Program-made: the position numbers and the translations under genes
Source of the DNA: Pseudogymnoascus verrucosus
Taxonomy: Eukaryota
NCBI GenBank assembly: GCA_001662655.1
Contig: KV460256.1
Direction: 5' to 3' (one strand)
Length of the DNA: 64,000 nucleotides
Shown here: in pieces, positions 1 through 12,261 of the stretch
Position numbering within the stretch: position 1 is the stretch's first letter
Layout of the letters: each line of letters opens with the position of its first letter
The notes under the pieces: generated by a model
Told to the model about the DNA's origin: nothing
What the model saw: the letters and a program-made list of their open reading frames with translations, nothing else
Database searches by the model: none

Positions 1-250
1 TAGATTAGTAGGAATAGTGAGAATAGTTAGAGAGTCTGCTATTCTAACTATTCCCTTTGGCACGACGCTACTATATAAGTAGATAGATAGTTCTTAGATA
101 GGAGCTTCGTGCTCAACTTAATATAGTATTCTGTTATATACTGTAACGTGTTTTACGAAAGCCTTTGTGTCTGATCCCCTGCCTCCTCTGTTAAGTAAAC
201 TAACGCAACGAAACCTCTGTAAGTCTTATAGTTTAAGACCTAGCGTTACA
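1..250 (+). mobile_element. Family A Gypsy LTR (partial, 3' end), inserted into the pol gene of another family A copy
   Basis: Near-identical to 2476-2724 and ends ...GACCTAGCGTTACA. The sequence that follows (GAAAGGCCTAGAGCAATATT) is mid-pol, matching the reverse complement of about 35840-35860. Confidence 0.9.
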
Positions 251-1434
251 GAAAGGCCTAGAGCAATATTAAAGAAGATAGACATAGGAATGTAATATAA
301 TGAACTACTAGCTATAATTGCTATTATAGAAGACATAGAACTTAAGTAGAGACTTAAGAACGCTTATATAACAGACGAAATAGCAAAGTAAACCCTAAAC
401 AAAGTTAAAGGAAACTTCTCCATTAATGAATAAGGGCTAATCTAATTTAAAGGATTAGTATATGTCCTAAGTTAAATAAGACGCCTACTAGTGTAAGAAT
501 AACACTCGTTGCTAGCACATAGTTATTAGGGAGTAACATGAACCTTTAAGTAAATTATATAATACTACTACTTCCTAGGTTTAAGGAAGTAGGTAGAAAC
601 AATTGTATTAGGATGTAACATTTACTAGAAGTTAAAAGCAAATAGACACGTACTATATAGACTTTAAAAGTCCCTACTAACACTAAAACGAGTATAGTCC
701 TTAATAGCAATTAACTTTATTGTTAAGTTGCTATTATTAAAAGAGCTAATAACAGGATTTGTTATAGACTCTATTATAGTCTCTAACTATAGGCTTATAA
801 AAGAAGCACACTTTACACCGTTTAAAGAAGCGTTAGATGTAAAGGCGTTAGCATATATCTTTCTAAAAGTCATTATTGTAGCATATAGACTACTAGACAA
901 GATAATTTTAGATAGAGATAAGCTCTTTACATCTAAATTCTAGCAGATAGTTATAGCGTAGCTTAGAACAAACTATAAGCTGTCTATAGCTTTTTATCTA
1001 TAAATAGATAGATAAACAGAATAAACTAATTAGACGTTAGAGGCGTATCTATAAAGCTACATTAATGCTAAATAGGACAACTAGGTCTAGTACCTACATT
1101 TAGTAGAGTTTGTATATAATTCATTACTATTAGAGGTAATAAAAGTCTTACTATTCTTCGCTAACAACAGATAGCAACTAGAGGCGTATAAGACGCTAAG
1201 ACTAGATAAATTTTGCTCTAAGGAAGGAACGTTAGAAGTATTAAAGATACTTTCCTTTTAGAAACAATTAGCAACGGACATCTAGTTCTTAAATAAACGA
1301 TCTACTACATATGTAAATAGGAAGTGTAGTATAGAACCTACCTTTAAGGAGGGGGATAAAGTATACCTACTCTAGAAACACATTAAAACGAAACGACTAA
1401 GCACAAAGTTAGACTTTAAGAAATTAGGACTATT

Positions 1435-1634
1435 NNNNNNNNNNNNNNNNNNNNNNNNNNNNNNNNNNNNNNNNNNNNNNNNNNNNNNNNNNNNNNNNNN
1501 NNNNNNNNNNNNNNNNNNNNNNNNNNNNNNNNNNNNNNNNNNNNNNNNNNNNNNNNNNNNNNNNNNNNNNNNNNNNNNNNNNNNNNNNNNNNNNNNNNNN
1601 NNNNNNNNNNNNNNNNNNNNNNNNNNNNNNNNNN
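1435..1634. other. Assembly gap (200 N)
   Basis: Run of N. Confidence 1.
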
Positions 1635-1639
1635 GGTTA

Positions 1640-2082
1640 GTTATAGAAGGACTAGTAAGGTAACTATAGGCTTTAGCTTCTTACTACTTATGTTCTTCTA
1701 CCTCCTCTAGTTCATTAAGGGTCTTTAAACCATAGTGAAGCATCTTAGCACCTTAGGTCTTAAGGAGATCCTACTACTACTTAAGGCAGTTAAGATAGGC
1801 TATAGCAGTTACTATAGCCTTATAAGTTATGTGAGTTTTAAGTTAAAGACAGTCCTCTTCTTTCTATAGTAACTACTAGTCACTAGTAGAGGGACTAGAG
1901 ACATTATAGTTATAGGAATTTAAACGAACACATTTATTACATCGTTTTAAGGATGTAGAAGCAAGGTAGCAGAGACCTCGTTTCTTATAGTAGGAATAGG
2001 AAGGCATTTCAACCCCTTTATAGGTTATATAGTTAGTAAGTAGTTTACGTTCTTTGATTTTTAAGTATTTAGAGGAAGACAT
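1640..2082 (-). pseudogene. Family A antisense accessory gene, allele 1 (Zn2Cys6-like plus coiled coil), RIP-mutated; 3' end lost in the gap
   Basis: MSSSKYLKIKER...EMPSYSYYKKRGLCYLASTSLKRCNKCVRLNSYNYNVSSPSTSD. Several TAT (Tyr) codons sit at Cys positions of allele 2, as expected from TGT>TAT RIP. Downstream 'MLHYGLKTLNELEEVEE' is homologous to 'MLRRGLRTLDELEEAE'. Confidence 0.8.
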
Positions 2083-2729
2083 AGTTATGGCCTTACCTAC
2101 CCTATGAATATAAGGGACCTACTACACTTAAGTAGGCTAGTAGATTCTTAGTTAGTAATGGCCTATAGGACTAGGCCTTAAGGGAGGGGACCTAGTGTTA
2201 TAGCTAAAACATGTAACCTATATGCTATAAGATAGAATAATAAGGTAAAATAGCTTATAGCTAATTAGTAGTAGGAAATAGACGTAGAGATTGTAAGTAG
2301 CTTAGTTAATAAGGGCACCTTTAGGAAAAGGTACCTTTTGTAGAAGGTACCTAGTAAAAGAAAGGTACCTATTAGGAAAGGCACCTATATAGAGTAAGGT
2401 GCCTCCTTAGAAGGGCACCTATAGGAATTAGTACCTATAATAAGTGTAGCACCTCTTATAGGATGTACACGTAATTAGATTAGTAGGAATAGTAAGAATA
2501 GTTAGAGAGTCTGCTATTCCAACTATTCCCTTTAGTACAACGCTACTATATAAGTAGATAGATAGTTCTTAGATAGGAGCTTCGTGCTCAACTTAATATA
2601 GTATTTGTTATATACTATAACGTGTTTTATAAAAGCCTTTGTGTCTAATCCCCTACCTCCTCTATTAAGTAAACTAACGTAACGAAACCTTTGTAAGTCT
2701 TATAGTTTAAGACCTAGCGTTACATCTTA

Positions 2730-2857
2730 GTAGGTATCTAGATATATATCTGTAGATACTTATAGTATCTAGATACTTGTTAAATTCTTAAGGATATAAG
2801 TATCTATATATAAGTATCTAGATACCCTAGATACTTAGGTATCTATAGGGATTACTA
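2730..2857. repeat. Array of palindromic GTATCTAGATAC-type motifs (RIPped GGTATCCGGATACC), probable DNA-transposon subterminal region
   Basis: Repeated GTATCT/AGATAC half-sites in both orientations, ending at GGGGATTACTA. Confidence 0.45.
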
Positions 2858-3076
2858 ATAAAAGAGCTCTCTAGATCTAATAATAAGGAGCCTATTATCC
2901 TAATATATTATTAATGTATTAATAATGTATTAAACCTAACATAAAGTTAAAAGTAAAGTTAAGCTAGAATTAAACTTATATCTTTACTAAAAAGCTTTAT
3001 TCTAAGTAAGCGTTTAGTAAGGAGCTTATAGGCCTTATAGGCTGCCTATTATAGCTATTAGTAGAATTATTAATCT

Positions 3077-3374
3077 TGTAAGGATGCCTCCTTACTTAGG
3101 TTAGTTACAGTCGTCACGTGCTGCCCCTAAGACTTAGGGCAGTTACAGTTCAATCGCGACTGCGAGCCTTAGGCACACAGCGTAAGGAAGCCTTAGGTAA
3201 ATAGGGGGTTAGCTGAGTCGGAGGGGTTTCGGGTATAGAAGGAAACAGGAACGGAGGGTTCCCCCTTCATCTTTTTTGTATCCTTCGTAGTAGACCTATA
3301 GGATTGCACCGACTACTATCCGACTCGCACTCCCATATGCAACCTCTCGTGATACGGTGTCCTGTGTCCTTACA
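3077..3374 (+). mobile_element. Family B solo LTR (298 bp), weakly RIPped
   Basis: TGTAAGG...CCTTACA termini, 5-bp TSD AATCT on both sides, homologous to LTRs at 25448-25746 and 18305-18602. Confidence 0.95.
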
Positions 3375-3508
3375 AATCTATTAGTACTGTATTTATACAT
3401 TATCGTTAAGCTTTATAGGCGCTATTATAGTAGTAGTAGTAGGTAGTAGTAGACTTAGTAGTGTTTTTAATAGAAGGTAGAAGGTTAGAAGTTAAGGATT
3501 TATTTATA

Positions 3509-3583
3509 GGGGGGTCAGCTGAATTTTTTCCGAAAGTGGGGTGGGTCAACTTAGGTTGGGGGGATGCTCGGGTCACCTACGTT
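3509..3583 (-). mobile_element. Possible DNA-transposon terminal sequence at the TE/gene boundary
   Basis: Reverse complement begins ACGTAGGTGACCCGAGCATCCCCCC, resembling Fot1/pogo-type ends, and marks the AT-rich to GC-balanced transition. No partner TIR or TA TSD found. Confidence 0.3.
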
Positions 3584-4641
3584 CAGACATAGTCCTCCAC
3601 CACGATTATCTCAGCTGCATCTCACTGAAATAGTACATACACCCCCTGTAAATTTGGGAGTAGGAACTAGGCCTCGCGCCTGAACGAGGAACGTGTCATG
3701 GACATAGGCGACATTTATTTTGAACACTGATGGGGAAGCCTGAGAGACGTTGAACAACGATCTTCGCGGACAGTCTTTTCACACGTAATTGTCGAAGGGC
3801 CTCCACTGATGGAGCAGGCCTTAATGTCTCCCGTTTTATATTCTCCAGCGTTGGCAATATCAGGACTTCCGTCACAGGCGTGAAGATCTGCGATCGGAAG
3901 CTGTCTAGCCATGATATGTGGAAGTACTTGCGGTCATTCTCAGAAGGGCGATTTCTGAATGCTCGACAGTGGTTATCTCGGTACATCATGTGATTATTTC
4001 ATAGAGGCACTGAGATTCTGGCCCTAGGAATCAGGCAGAATCAGGCAACTACATTTAGTGAAACTTAGTCATATTAGTGTAGTTTCGTACATAGGATAGC
4101 TTCGGGGCCACGGCATAAGTAAGAGCCGTAGCCCCATGGAATTCTACAAGTTTGGTTCGCGCTCGGAAATCACACCACTGTCAAGTTTCATGTCCAGGTC
4201 TAGATTCCGGTATCGAATTCGCTGCCAAAGTCTTTCACATTTCGGACTCTCGACACTGCATATCCTTAACGGCAATGTGCCCCGCGCCGCTTTTGCTCAG
4301 GCAGGCTCAGGGCCAGATAATTAAATCACGTGTGTCCTAAGTTACGACTTTCGGCTTAGCTTCTACCTGAGGCACTAAAGTCGCTGCTTTGTTTCTACAT
4401 TATAACTCTTATTTCACCAGCACCACCTTAGTGATACTATAAAGACTCGAACCGTGCCCTACCGACTAATCATATTTCGCTACCACTCGCAAACCTTATA
4501 ACCTTAGTCTTAGTGGAGGGTAAGGATCGGATTGGCCCTCTACAAGCAGATGGTGACTGAGCAGACCTCCATTCTTGGCTACACTTAGAACTCTCTCTGT
4601 ATCCTAGGATAAAGCAAGTGTTCAGGCCCATAGCTCCAAGC

Positions 4642-6680
4642 ATGAGCACTGATGGACCTAGGAGCTCGGGGTGCTGGACATGTCGGCTTCGCAAGCTAAA
4701 GTGTGATGAGGACCCGAATCATTGCCGAAGGTGCCTACGTTGTGGGATTTCTTGCCATGGATATGGTCCAAAGCCTGCCTGGAAAGATGGTGGACTACGA
4801 GAGGCAGAACAGTTGGCAGTCATCAAAGCTCGTGTCGCAGACAATCGACGGCGCCGAGCACGAGCGGCCAATACGGAGCGAAATGAAAGCCTGATGGAGG
4901 CGCAGATTCCCCCCCCCCCATCACAACGGTTAGACTGCGCAGAAGAGTCATTAGTGAATAATGAAGTAAGTGAATCTTGGAATCACAATCACGGTGGCGG
5001 TCCTGCAACAGATGAAGCCATGCTCTTACCGCTCATCAATGAGATGCTTGCCGGGGATGTCGATGTGAATCTCTGGCCGTCTCTACTCTCCCCTGCTGAA
5101 GTCAGAAATCAACCAACGGCGACGAATATGGAGCGAGCGCTGACGCAGCGGTGGACACTGCTCAATCTAACGGGGCGGGAGAATGAACTGCTAAGGCACT
5201 ACCTCAATCACGTCTTTGCCTTGCAGTATTTCCATCAGAAATACATCAGCACGACGTTGCCGTCGCCGAGCTGGCTCCTCTCTCTCCTTGAAACCATCCC
5301 TCCCCTTCGACACGCAGCCCTCAGCCTCAGCGCTCTGCATTTACATTGTTTACAACAACAGAAGGGAGGCAGCAACAATTTCCATGACGGCTATAATCGA
5401 ACGGATACGTTAGTTGAATTGCGAGAATACCACGCCGCTGCGTTAATAGGCTTGCGAAGTTTTATTTCTGATTACGGATCAAGTTCCCTAACGGCGGGGT
5501 ACATTCCGATTCTTGCATGCTGCAGTCAGCTGATCTCATTTGATGTATGTCATGATATTCTGTCCCCTGTCATAATACTTTTTAACCTAACATGTCCTAC
5601 TACAGCTTTGTCGTGGCGGCATAGATGAGTGGTATACTCATGTGGATGCCGTGGCTAGATTCATTCTCATGCGCGCCGCTGAATTTCCGCTCCTCTCCGC
5701 CGACGAAATGGATTCGGAGAACAACGAAGCTAGTCGATTCCTCATTGGGGCACTCATGTGGAGTGATATCTTGGCGGGTGTATCAACGGGACGTCGTCCA
5801 TTACTATACATTTACCTTCAACGGCTACTTGACTCGTCAGAACAACCCTCAGGCCCTTTGATCAAAATGGAGGATATAATGGGCTGTGAGAACCATATCA
5901 TGCTGTTGATCAGTGAGATCAGTGCCCTGCAGGAATGGAAGATGAACTGTCTCAAGGACCGGTCGTTTAGCACCTGGAGGCTCGTCACTAGATCTAAGGT
6001 GATCCTAGATGACCTAGAGATAGCAATCCTGCGCCTGGATAGAGAATTGGATGCATACGGGCTTTATTGCAGCAATGACAGAACAATCTATCAAACTAAG
6101 ATAATTACAGGCACTATCACCAACATTTTTGCTTGCGCGGCAGTTGTCTATCTTCATGTGGGTATGTATTTTTTCTTTCCACTAGCGCATGGGCCAACGC
6201 ATACTCTCTATTCGCCCCTCGCTATATAATGAATCTATTATACATCGATATAAATGAGATATAAAACTAACTATATTGTTTCGGCTGGTAGTTGTTTGTG
6301 GTGTGCAACCATCACTACTGGAAATTAGGACTAGCGTGGAAAGGACTATAACGGCGATGCAGCGGATCCAAAGAACTGACCGTGGGAAGCTGGCTCGAGG
6401 TATTCTGTGGCCGGTTTGTGTAGCAGGATGCCTCGCTGAAGGACCAAAGCAGAGTTTTTTCAGAGAGTTTGTCCGTGCTGCTGTGGATGATGCAATAGGC
6501 TTTGGCAACGCCCAGACAGCATTGGATATTTTGGAACATTTTTGGGCAAAATCAAGCTCCGAAAAACGCCATACGTCGTCGTCGCCTCCATCCGACAGTC
6601 CACCGTTAGAGGCCGATTATCTGTTTCAAGGATGGCCACAGATCATCCAGAAGTCTGGTCGCCGAGTCCTACTCGTCTGA
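4642..6680 (+). CDS. Zn(II)2Cys6 transcription factor with Fungal_trans_2-type C-terminal domain; 3 exons (introns about 5545-5605 and 6162-6291)
   Basis: GCWTCRLRKLKCDEDPNHCRRCLRCGISCHGY cluster. GTATGT...CTAAC...AG introns join the three ORFs in frame. C-terminal 'LWPVCVAGCLA' motif. Confidence 0.9.
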
Positions 6681-7138
6681 GAGATCATAACGTAAGTCGT
6701 GGCGTACTGGCGGTAGTGGGGTTGGAGCCACCTTACTAAACCAACTAAATATATAACTTATGAGGTTTATAACAATGGGATATAGGCAATCTATAATTAA
6801 TTGTTTAAACTTAAAGGGTATAACAAAAAGGTAAATGGGTAGTTTGAGAGGGTCACTTATAAATTTCTATAAAGGAATTGCAGTTGCAAGTCCTCTAAGC
6901 TAAGGAAGCTACATAGCAGAAGTCAACAACTACGAGTATTATAGCTGCAAACAACGCTATAATTGAGCAAGAAAAGGAGGAACCTATGGAGGACTCGGAG
7001 GAAGTATATGATTATATTGTAGTCGAGTATTAGAGCTTAAATAATTGATTTTGTGGTGTTGTCGATGGGCTGCCAACCCCACTACCGCCAGTACGCCATT
7101 ACCGCCAGTACAAGACGACTTAAGTTATTGTTCCTACG

Positions 7139-8123
7139 TTAAGACGATGGTATCTGAGCAACCTTTTCCGCATAATCTCGTTCGCTCCGGTTCCTTGTAT
7201 CGATCCACTGCTGCATCTCAGGTTGAACCGGCCGATCTGGGTGATAGCCGCTATGTACGGGTTCACCAAGCACCTCGTACAGCGGAACGACTCCCGTATA
7301 TACATCATCTCTTTCTCCAAAGCCTTCCCTCTCCAAGCCATTGATATTTGTCGCCCGAGCCTTGGCCGACGCACTTCGAATGCTGACTTTCAATACCTGC
7401 ACCGAAGACATCGCTCTTGGAGCGATGGGATTCACCGAGGACCAACGGCGCCGACACATGTGGTTTGTCAAGAGGTGCATAGCATGATACTTCTCCTCAG
7501 GATCAGTCACCTTTGTAGCATCCCCATGGATGACGCAGGATCGATAATTTAGAGAGTGACCATTTGGTGCAAAGTGCAATACTACTCCATCTACTGTTCG
7601 GTTCAGTAGGTCATATTAGTGTTCATCTTCGCGCCTCTATTAGGCATTCCGTGAAGGATTGCGTACCTTTGGTTGCAGTGATGCATATACGCACGGAACC
7701 CTGACTAGTGGCCACCTTGTTCAAGACCATGGCTGCATTGCCATGCAAGTATATATCGAGAGGCTGGTCATATGCCTCATGATTTTGCACATACGTTTCG
7801 TCGTCCCCATCATCCTCTGGCAATTTCTGACTATTGGGATTGTAGCGTCCAGCGACCGCAGTCATTGGAAGACTGAATGGATGTGGTTCATCGTCGCCGT
7901 CATCGTATACAACAAAGGATACCGTCGCAACAAAGGTGGAAGCGAGGATCGAGTGAATTGTTTGAAAGTCATATTGTGCTATGTGAATGGGACTGGTCAG
8001 CATTTGCTAGGCAGCGAATCCCAATTGTGATAGTACTTAATGATTGAGCTAGCGACAAGAGAATGATTTATTACCTCGATTTTTGTAAACCCTAATTGTA
8101 TTCTCCTTTGTTTGCTTGTACAT
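7139..8123 (-). CDS. Flavin-nucleotide/heme-binding split-barrel protein (pyridoxamine 5'-phosphate oxidase-like, NimA-like); 3 exons
   Basis: MYKQTKENTIRVYKNR-AQYDFQTIHSIL...YLHG...ICITATKVDGVVL...HSLNYRSCVIHGDA...SASAKAR, with canonical introns near 7978-8074 and 7607-7665. Confidence 0.8.
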
Positions 8124-8342
8124 GGTGAAGCGGTTCGTGTCTAGTGCTCGACTGTAGACTGTTTGGGGCTAATGTTCTTGAAATATTTCTGACTTCTATT
8201 CAGATAGAGATAGGGACAGAAAGTTCAGATGATAAAATATCTCAATAACGGTACCAGGGGCAGGGCTCTATTGCTACCCCTCTAGTTCATCCTTTTTCTT
8301 ACCTCAAAAAAGCCTAGGGAATGGTATTTGGCTGAAATGGTA

Positions 8343-8405
8343 AGTCGAGCCGGGACCGTAGTAGAGAGTCGAGCTGGGACCCACACCACCAGAGAGTCGA
8401 GCCGA
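8343..8405 (+). promoter_or_regulatory. Three tandem AGTCGAGC(C/T)G(G/A) motifs in the divergent promoter
   Basis: Copies at 8343-8353, 8367-8377 and 8395-8405. The same 11-mer recurs at 13744-13754 (-), 13850-13860 (+) and, with one mismatch, 12628-12638 (-). Confidence 0.6.
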
Positions 8406-8637
8406 GAACAACGCAGAGAGTCACCCAACCCAGACAGAATTGACGCTGGAGTTCGACAATACTCGCCCAAATTAGATAATGTAGAGTAAGTCCCGAAATA
8501 AGTGGTGCACGCCACTATTCCTGTTCGAAGATTAATTTTCTACTTAAGACTGACAAAATCCCTCGACGTTCTTGCCGACCATGAAAGTTTATTATCAACT
8601 AAAAACCTTCTCAATTCGTCTTTCGTTCAGCCCGAAC

Positions 8638-10644
8638 ATGTTGGTAGCAGAGCAAACCTCCCCTCAGGTCAATGAGATCCCAGATGTCAAAGCGGTCGAT
8701 GTGGTAGCACCCAGCTGGAAACTCGTTGCTGCTAGACGGCAGGCTGAGATCAACAATGCTATCCCTACAGAATACCTAGTGCCGCTAGTTCAACTGGGGG
8801 GCTTAGAGAACCGAATTGGATTGCCTGAGGCTAGTGGCATCCTCACCCACCGTGAGCTGGAGATCACTGCTCGCTCGGCGACCGGGCTGCTTCGGTTTCT
8901 CCACAACGGCACCTACACGGCCGTGGAAGTGACGACCGCCTTCTGTAAAAGAGCTGCTATTGCTCATCAAGCGGTTCGTTATTTCTTACTCAATTCAACT
9001 TTGCTAGTGCTGTAATACTTATGTACGGATATATTGACTCTTAAATAACCGAACCAGGTAAACTGTCTTGCCTTAGTTATGTTCCAACAGGCACTTGCGG
9101 ATGCGGCAGAGCTGGATCAATACATGCAAACCCACCATCGCCCTAAGGGTCCACTGCACGGTCTACCCATCTCGGTCAAAGAGCACATCGAATTAGCTGG
9201 GACACCCGCAACAGCGGGATTGATCTCCCTCGCGGATTCTGTCAGCAGCCAGGATGCTATGATCGTTAGAGTTCTCCGAGAGGCTGGAGCTGTATTCCAC
9301 GTCAAGACGACAAATCCACAAACGTTATTAGTAAGTCCTTAGATCCAAAATCCACGATGGAGCCTTCCGGAAATGGCAGTTGACATAACATACATCGTGA
9401 CAGGCTCTCGAAACAGAGAGCAATATCTATGGGATCACGGTCAATCCATACAATATCAACTTATCGTCAGGTGGGAGTTCGGGTGGAGAAGCAGCTTTGA
9501 TTGCCATGCGAGGTAGTCTACTTGGGATTGGAACTGATATGGGTAAGCTTCCATTTCTAATAGGGAGATATGACACTGATTTTATCTAGGTGGTTCGATC
9601 CGTGCACCAAGCGCTTTTAACGGCGTCTTTGGGCTGAAACCAAGTGTTGGACGTCTCCCTCATGGTGGACTAGAAGGACTTCATTCTGGTATGGAGAACG
9701 TCATTGGTTGTTGTGGTCCTATAGCAACCTGCGTTGAAGATATGCGCCTCTTCTGCCAAGTCATCCTGGCGTCGGAACCATGGCGCCAGGAGCCCGAGAT
9801 GATCGAGAAGCCTTGGAACCCGATTCCACTTCCTACTAATCTGAAGATTGGCGTGATGTGGCATGACGGAGTCGCTCAGCCGCAGCCACCTGTGACACGT
9901 TGTCTGCGCGAAACTGTTCTGGCAATTCAACAAGCAGGACATACGGTCGTTTATTGGGATCCTAAAGACCACCCCGCTCTTACCAAATCCATGGACCGGG
10001 CCTTTTTCATTGATGCGGGTAAGGAATACTGGGATGTCATTAAACAGGGAGAGGAGCCGGCTGTGCCTGTAATGCAGTGGATTTTGACTGAGAGAAATAA
10101 TTCCCCTCCACTAACTGTAGTGGAGACCTGGAAGGTAAGTCCATTCTCTAAATGGTAGAATTTGCGAATGGGAGCAGAAAAATCTAACGTTATTAAATGC
10201 GTATAGCTCAACTCTGAACGGAAATTACTACAGAACTCCCACGCAGCCCAATGGGACGAACTGGACCTGGATGCCATCATCTGCCCAGTGCATTTTTCGA
10301 ATGCGCCGGCTATACATGAAGCCCAATACGCTGGGTATACCAACGCTTTCAACAGACTAGACTACACTGCAGCCGTCTTCCCCGTGGGCAAGGTGGAGCC
10401 AACCGACACGTGGGAGAACTTTCCGCGAGCCATCGAACAATCTCTCGGCAAAGACGATGACTTTTCTTTTAAGACATATACCGGACCTGATAAGTATCGA
10501 CATTCTCCGGTGTCCCTGCAGATTGTGACACGCCGCCTGCAGGAAGAGAAGAACTTGGCAATCATAGAGAAGGTCATCCAGGCCGTTGAATTGAAGAAGC
10601 AACTCCTGGACCATGGCTTACTCTTGCATTCTAATGATATCTAA
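8638..10644 (+). CDS. Amidase signature (AS) family enzyme, acetamidase/general amidase-like; 5 introns
   Basis: [12 protein letters not shown] (catalytic Lys), [43 protein letters not shown] (Ser-cisSer signature), with GT...AG introns linking the ORF fragments. Confidence 0.92.
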
Positions 10645-10874
10645 AGAATAAAAACCTCTCATTCTAGAAGTTCTTGTTGTTATCCTTCGATAGTACAACC
10701 ATTACTTAGATAAATTGATCCTGACAGTACGCCTATAATATACTGCAAAGAAACTACCCGGTTCATTTATATTGTCTAGTAGTACTTGGCAATTTTGAGT
10801 AACTTAGTTAATTTTCTTCATTTGCTATATGTAGTGTAGTGTAAGGGACTGCTAGGTAAATCACTTTATTGATT

Positions 10875-12261
10875 CTATTGATCCAAGGGAGATAGATTTT
10901 CGATGAAAGCTGCAACGTCGCTTCGATCCCTCTCAACCCAGTCGCATTGAACAGCTAGGGATTCGAGTCCTTGGGCTAGGGGCATCTTAATTAAAGTCGT
11001 TTCTTTCGTGTCAAAAAAAGCCCTTACAGATTTTAATTGGTCTCTGGTCTATAAACCTGCCATACAAGCTTTGATAATGTTTCCTAGGGGCCGACTACTG
11101 AACCGCACTGAGAGATTATTCCAATTGACCTGCAACCACTGCCACAGAGCCTCGGTACCAGTTCGATGAACTTGTAAAAACGAAATGGCAAACTGCACAT
11201 CCTGGTCTCGGACATCCTTGCTTAAGGGCAGCTGAAGAGTTCGTTGTACCAAATTTGCGTCCCGGGCATAACCTAGGCTTTGGAGGGCGGTATTTCTCTC
11301 CGGGCTTGTTTTCGCCGTTAAATATTCGTTGAGAACCACGCCGTACCGGGAAAGTGTCAGTCTTCAGAGGTAAGAGTGAGGAATCGCTTATTTACCTCGC
11401 CACTCCCACCATTTTCTAGTGCGATACGAAATACGTGTGGCCGAAGATTCGCGTCGATGACTGACTAGTTACGAGAAAATTCAAAGAGCATTTGCTTAGA
11501 TGCATCAACAATTGCAGGGTCTCCAGTTACTCCTGCAGCACAAAACAGTAAAGTCTTCAATTTTTTTTCGGCGTGCCCACTGTCAGCGAGATTGCAGCTC
11601 AGAAGCCTTTGTTTCTATTAGACGCCTGACAAACGACTGCAGTCCGTCTTGGGTACGTTGATTTTCAAATGTCCATGCTCTCAGAATCGCACCAAGATGT
11701 ATAATGATAATATACCACACGACATACTGGGATTCGTGGCTGAAGTTTGTAAGTAATTGGAGAAAGTCTGATGTCTTTTGGTAACCTGTCGATGCCAAGA
11801 CTGCAGCATCCGCAATTAGCCCTGCTCGGTCTTCAACACCCAGGATGCCGCCCTTGCCGGCCTCTTCAGCCAGCTTTTGAAGATACTCAGCACTATAACA
11901 TGTCCGATATAACCCAGTGTGACCGGCATTCAGCTTGACAAATCCTTCTACTTTGATTGTGACTTCTCGCTCTGCGAACGACGTATCATGCAACACACCG
12001 TTTGGGCCATTAATAGAGAGAATGTTAAACGGTACCGGATATAACATCGCAGCTTCCTCGGGCAAAGGATCTCTGGTTCGGAGAAAGCGATCTTGTCGAA
12101 TGACTATAGAGTCTTCCGATACGATGACCGTCACAACCGGATGCCCAACTTGCGACAGAGCCGCTAAAGACAGCTTTGTCCAGGTTAGGTTCTAGCACCA
12201 AGTCATAGTGTTTTGGAATCGCACTTGTCGCGATAGGCTTTCGAGTGATGAAACAAGCCAT
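10875..12261 (-). pseudogene. M1-family (Ape2/puromycin-sensitive-like) aminopeptidase pseudogene lacking the whole catalytic domain
   Basis: N-terminus 'IPKHYDLVLEPNLDKAVFSGSV' is fused out of frame at about 12154 to 'QVGHPVVTV...IRQDRFL' and an ERAP1_C-like region (VKLNAGHTGLYRTCY, DRAGLIADA). No GAMEN or HEXXH motif. An extra stop near 11466 and a frameshift near 11580. Confidence 0.85.

Larger units (their letters stand above)
251..2724 (+). mobile_element. 3' half of a RIP-mutated family A Gypsy element: integrase, (gap), antisense accessory ORF, PPT, 3' LTR 2196-2724
   Basis: Integrase motifs (DFIVKL, 'IILDRDKLFTSKF') are colinear with the reverse complement of 34690-35860. PPT AAGGGAGGGGACCTAG precedes a TG...CA LTR. 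Many TAA/TAG stops are consistent with RIP. Confidence 0.92.

Noticed and set aside
3696..4340. Short ORFs upstream of the Zn2Cys6 gene
   Set aside because: No motifs or splice structure supporting a gene.
8343..8425. CRISPR-like repeat-spacer array
   Set aside because: Eukaryotic context, only 3-4 repeats of about 11-15 bp and no cas genes. Better explained as TF binding sites.
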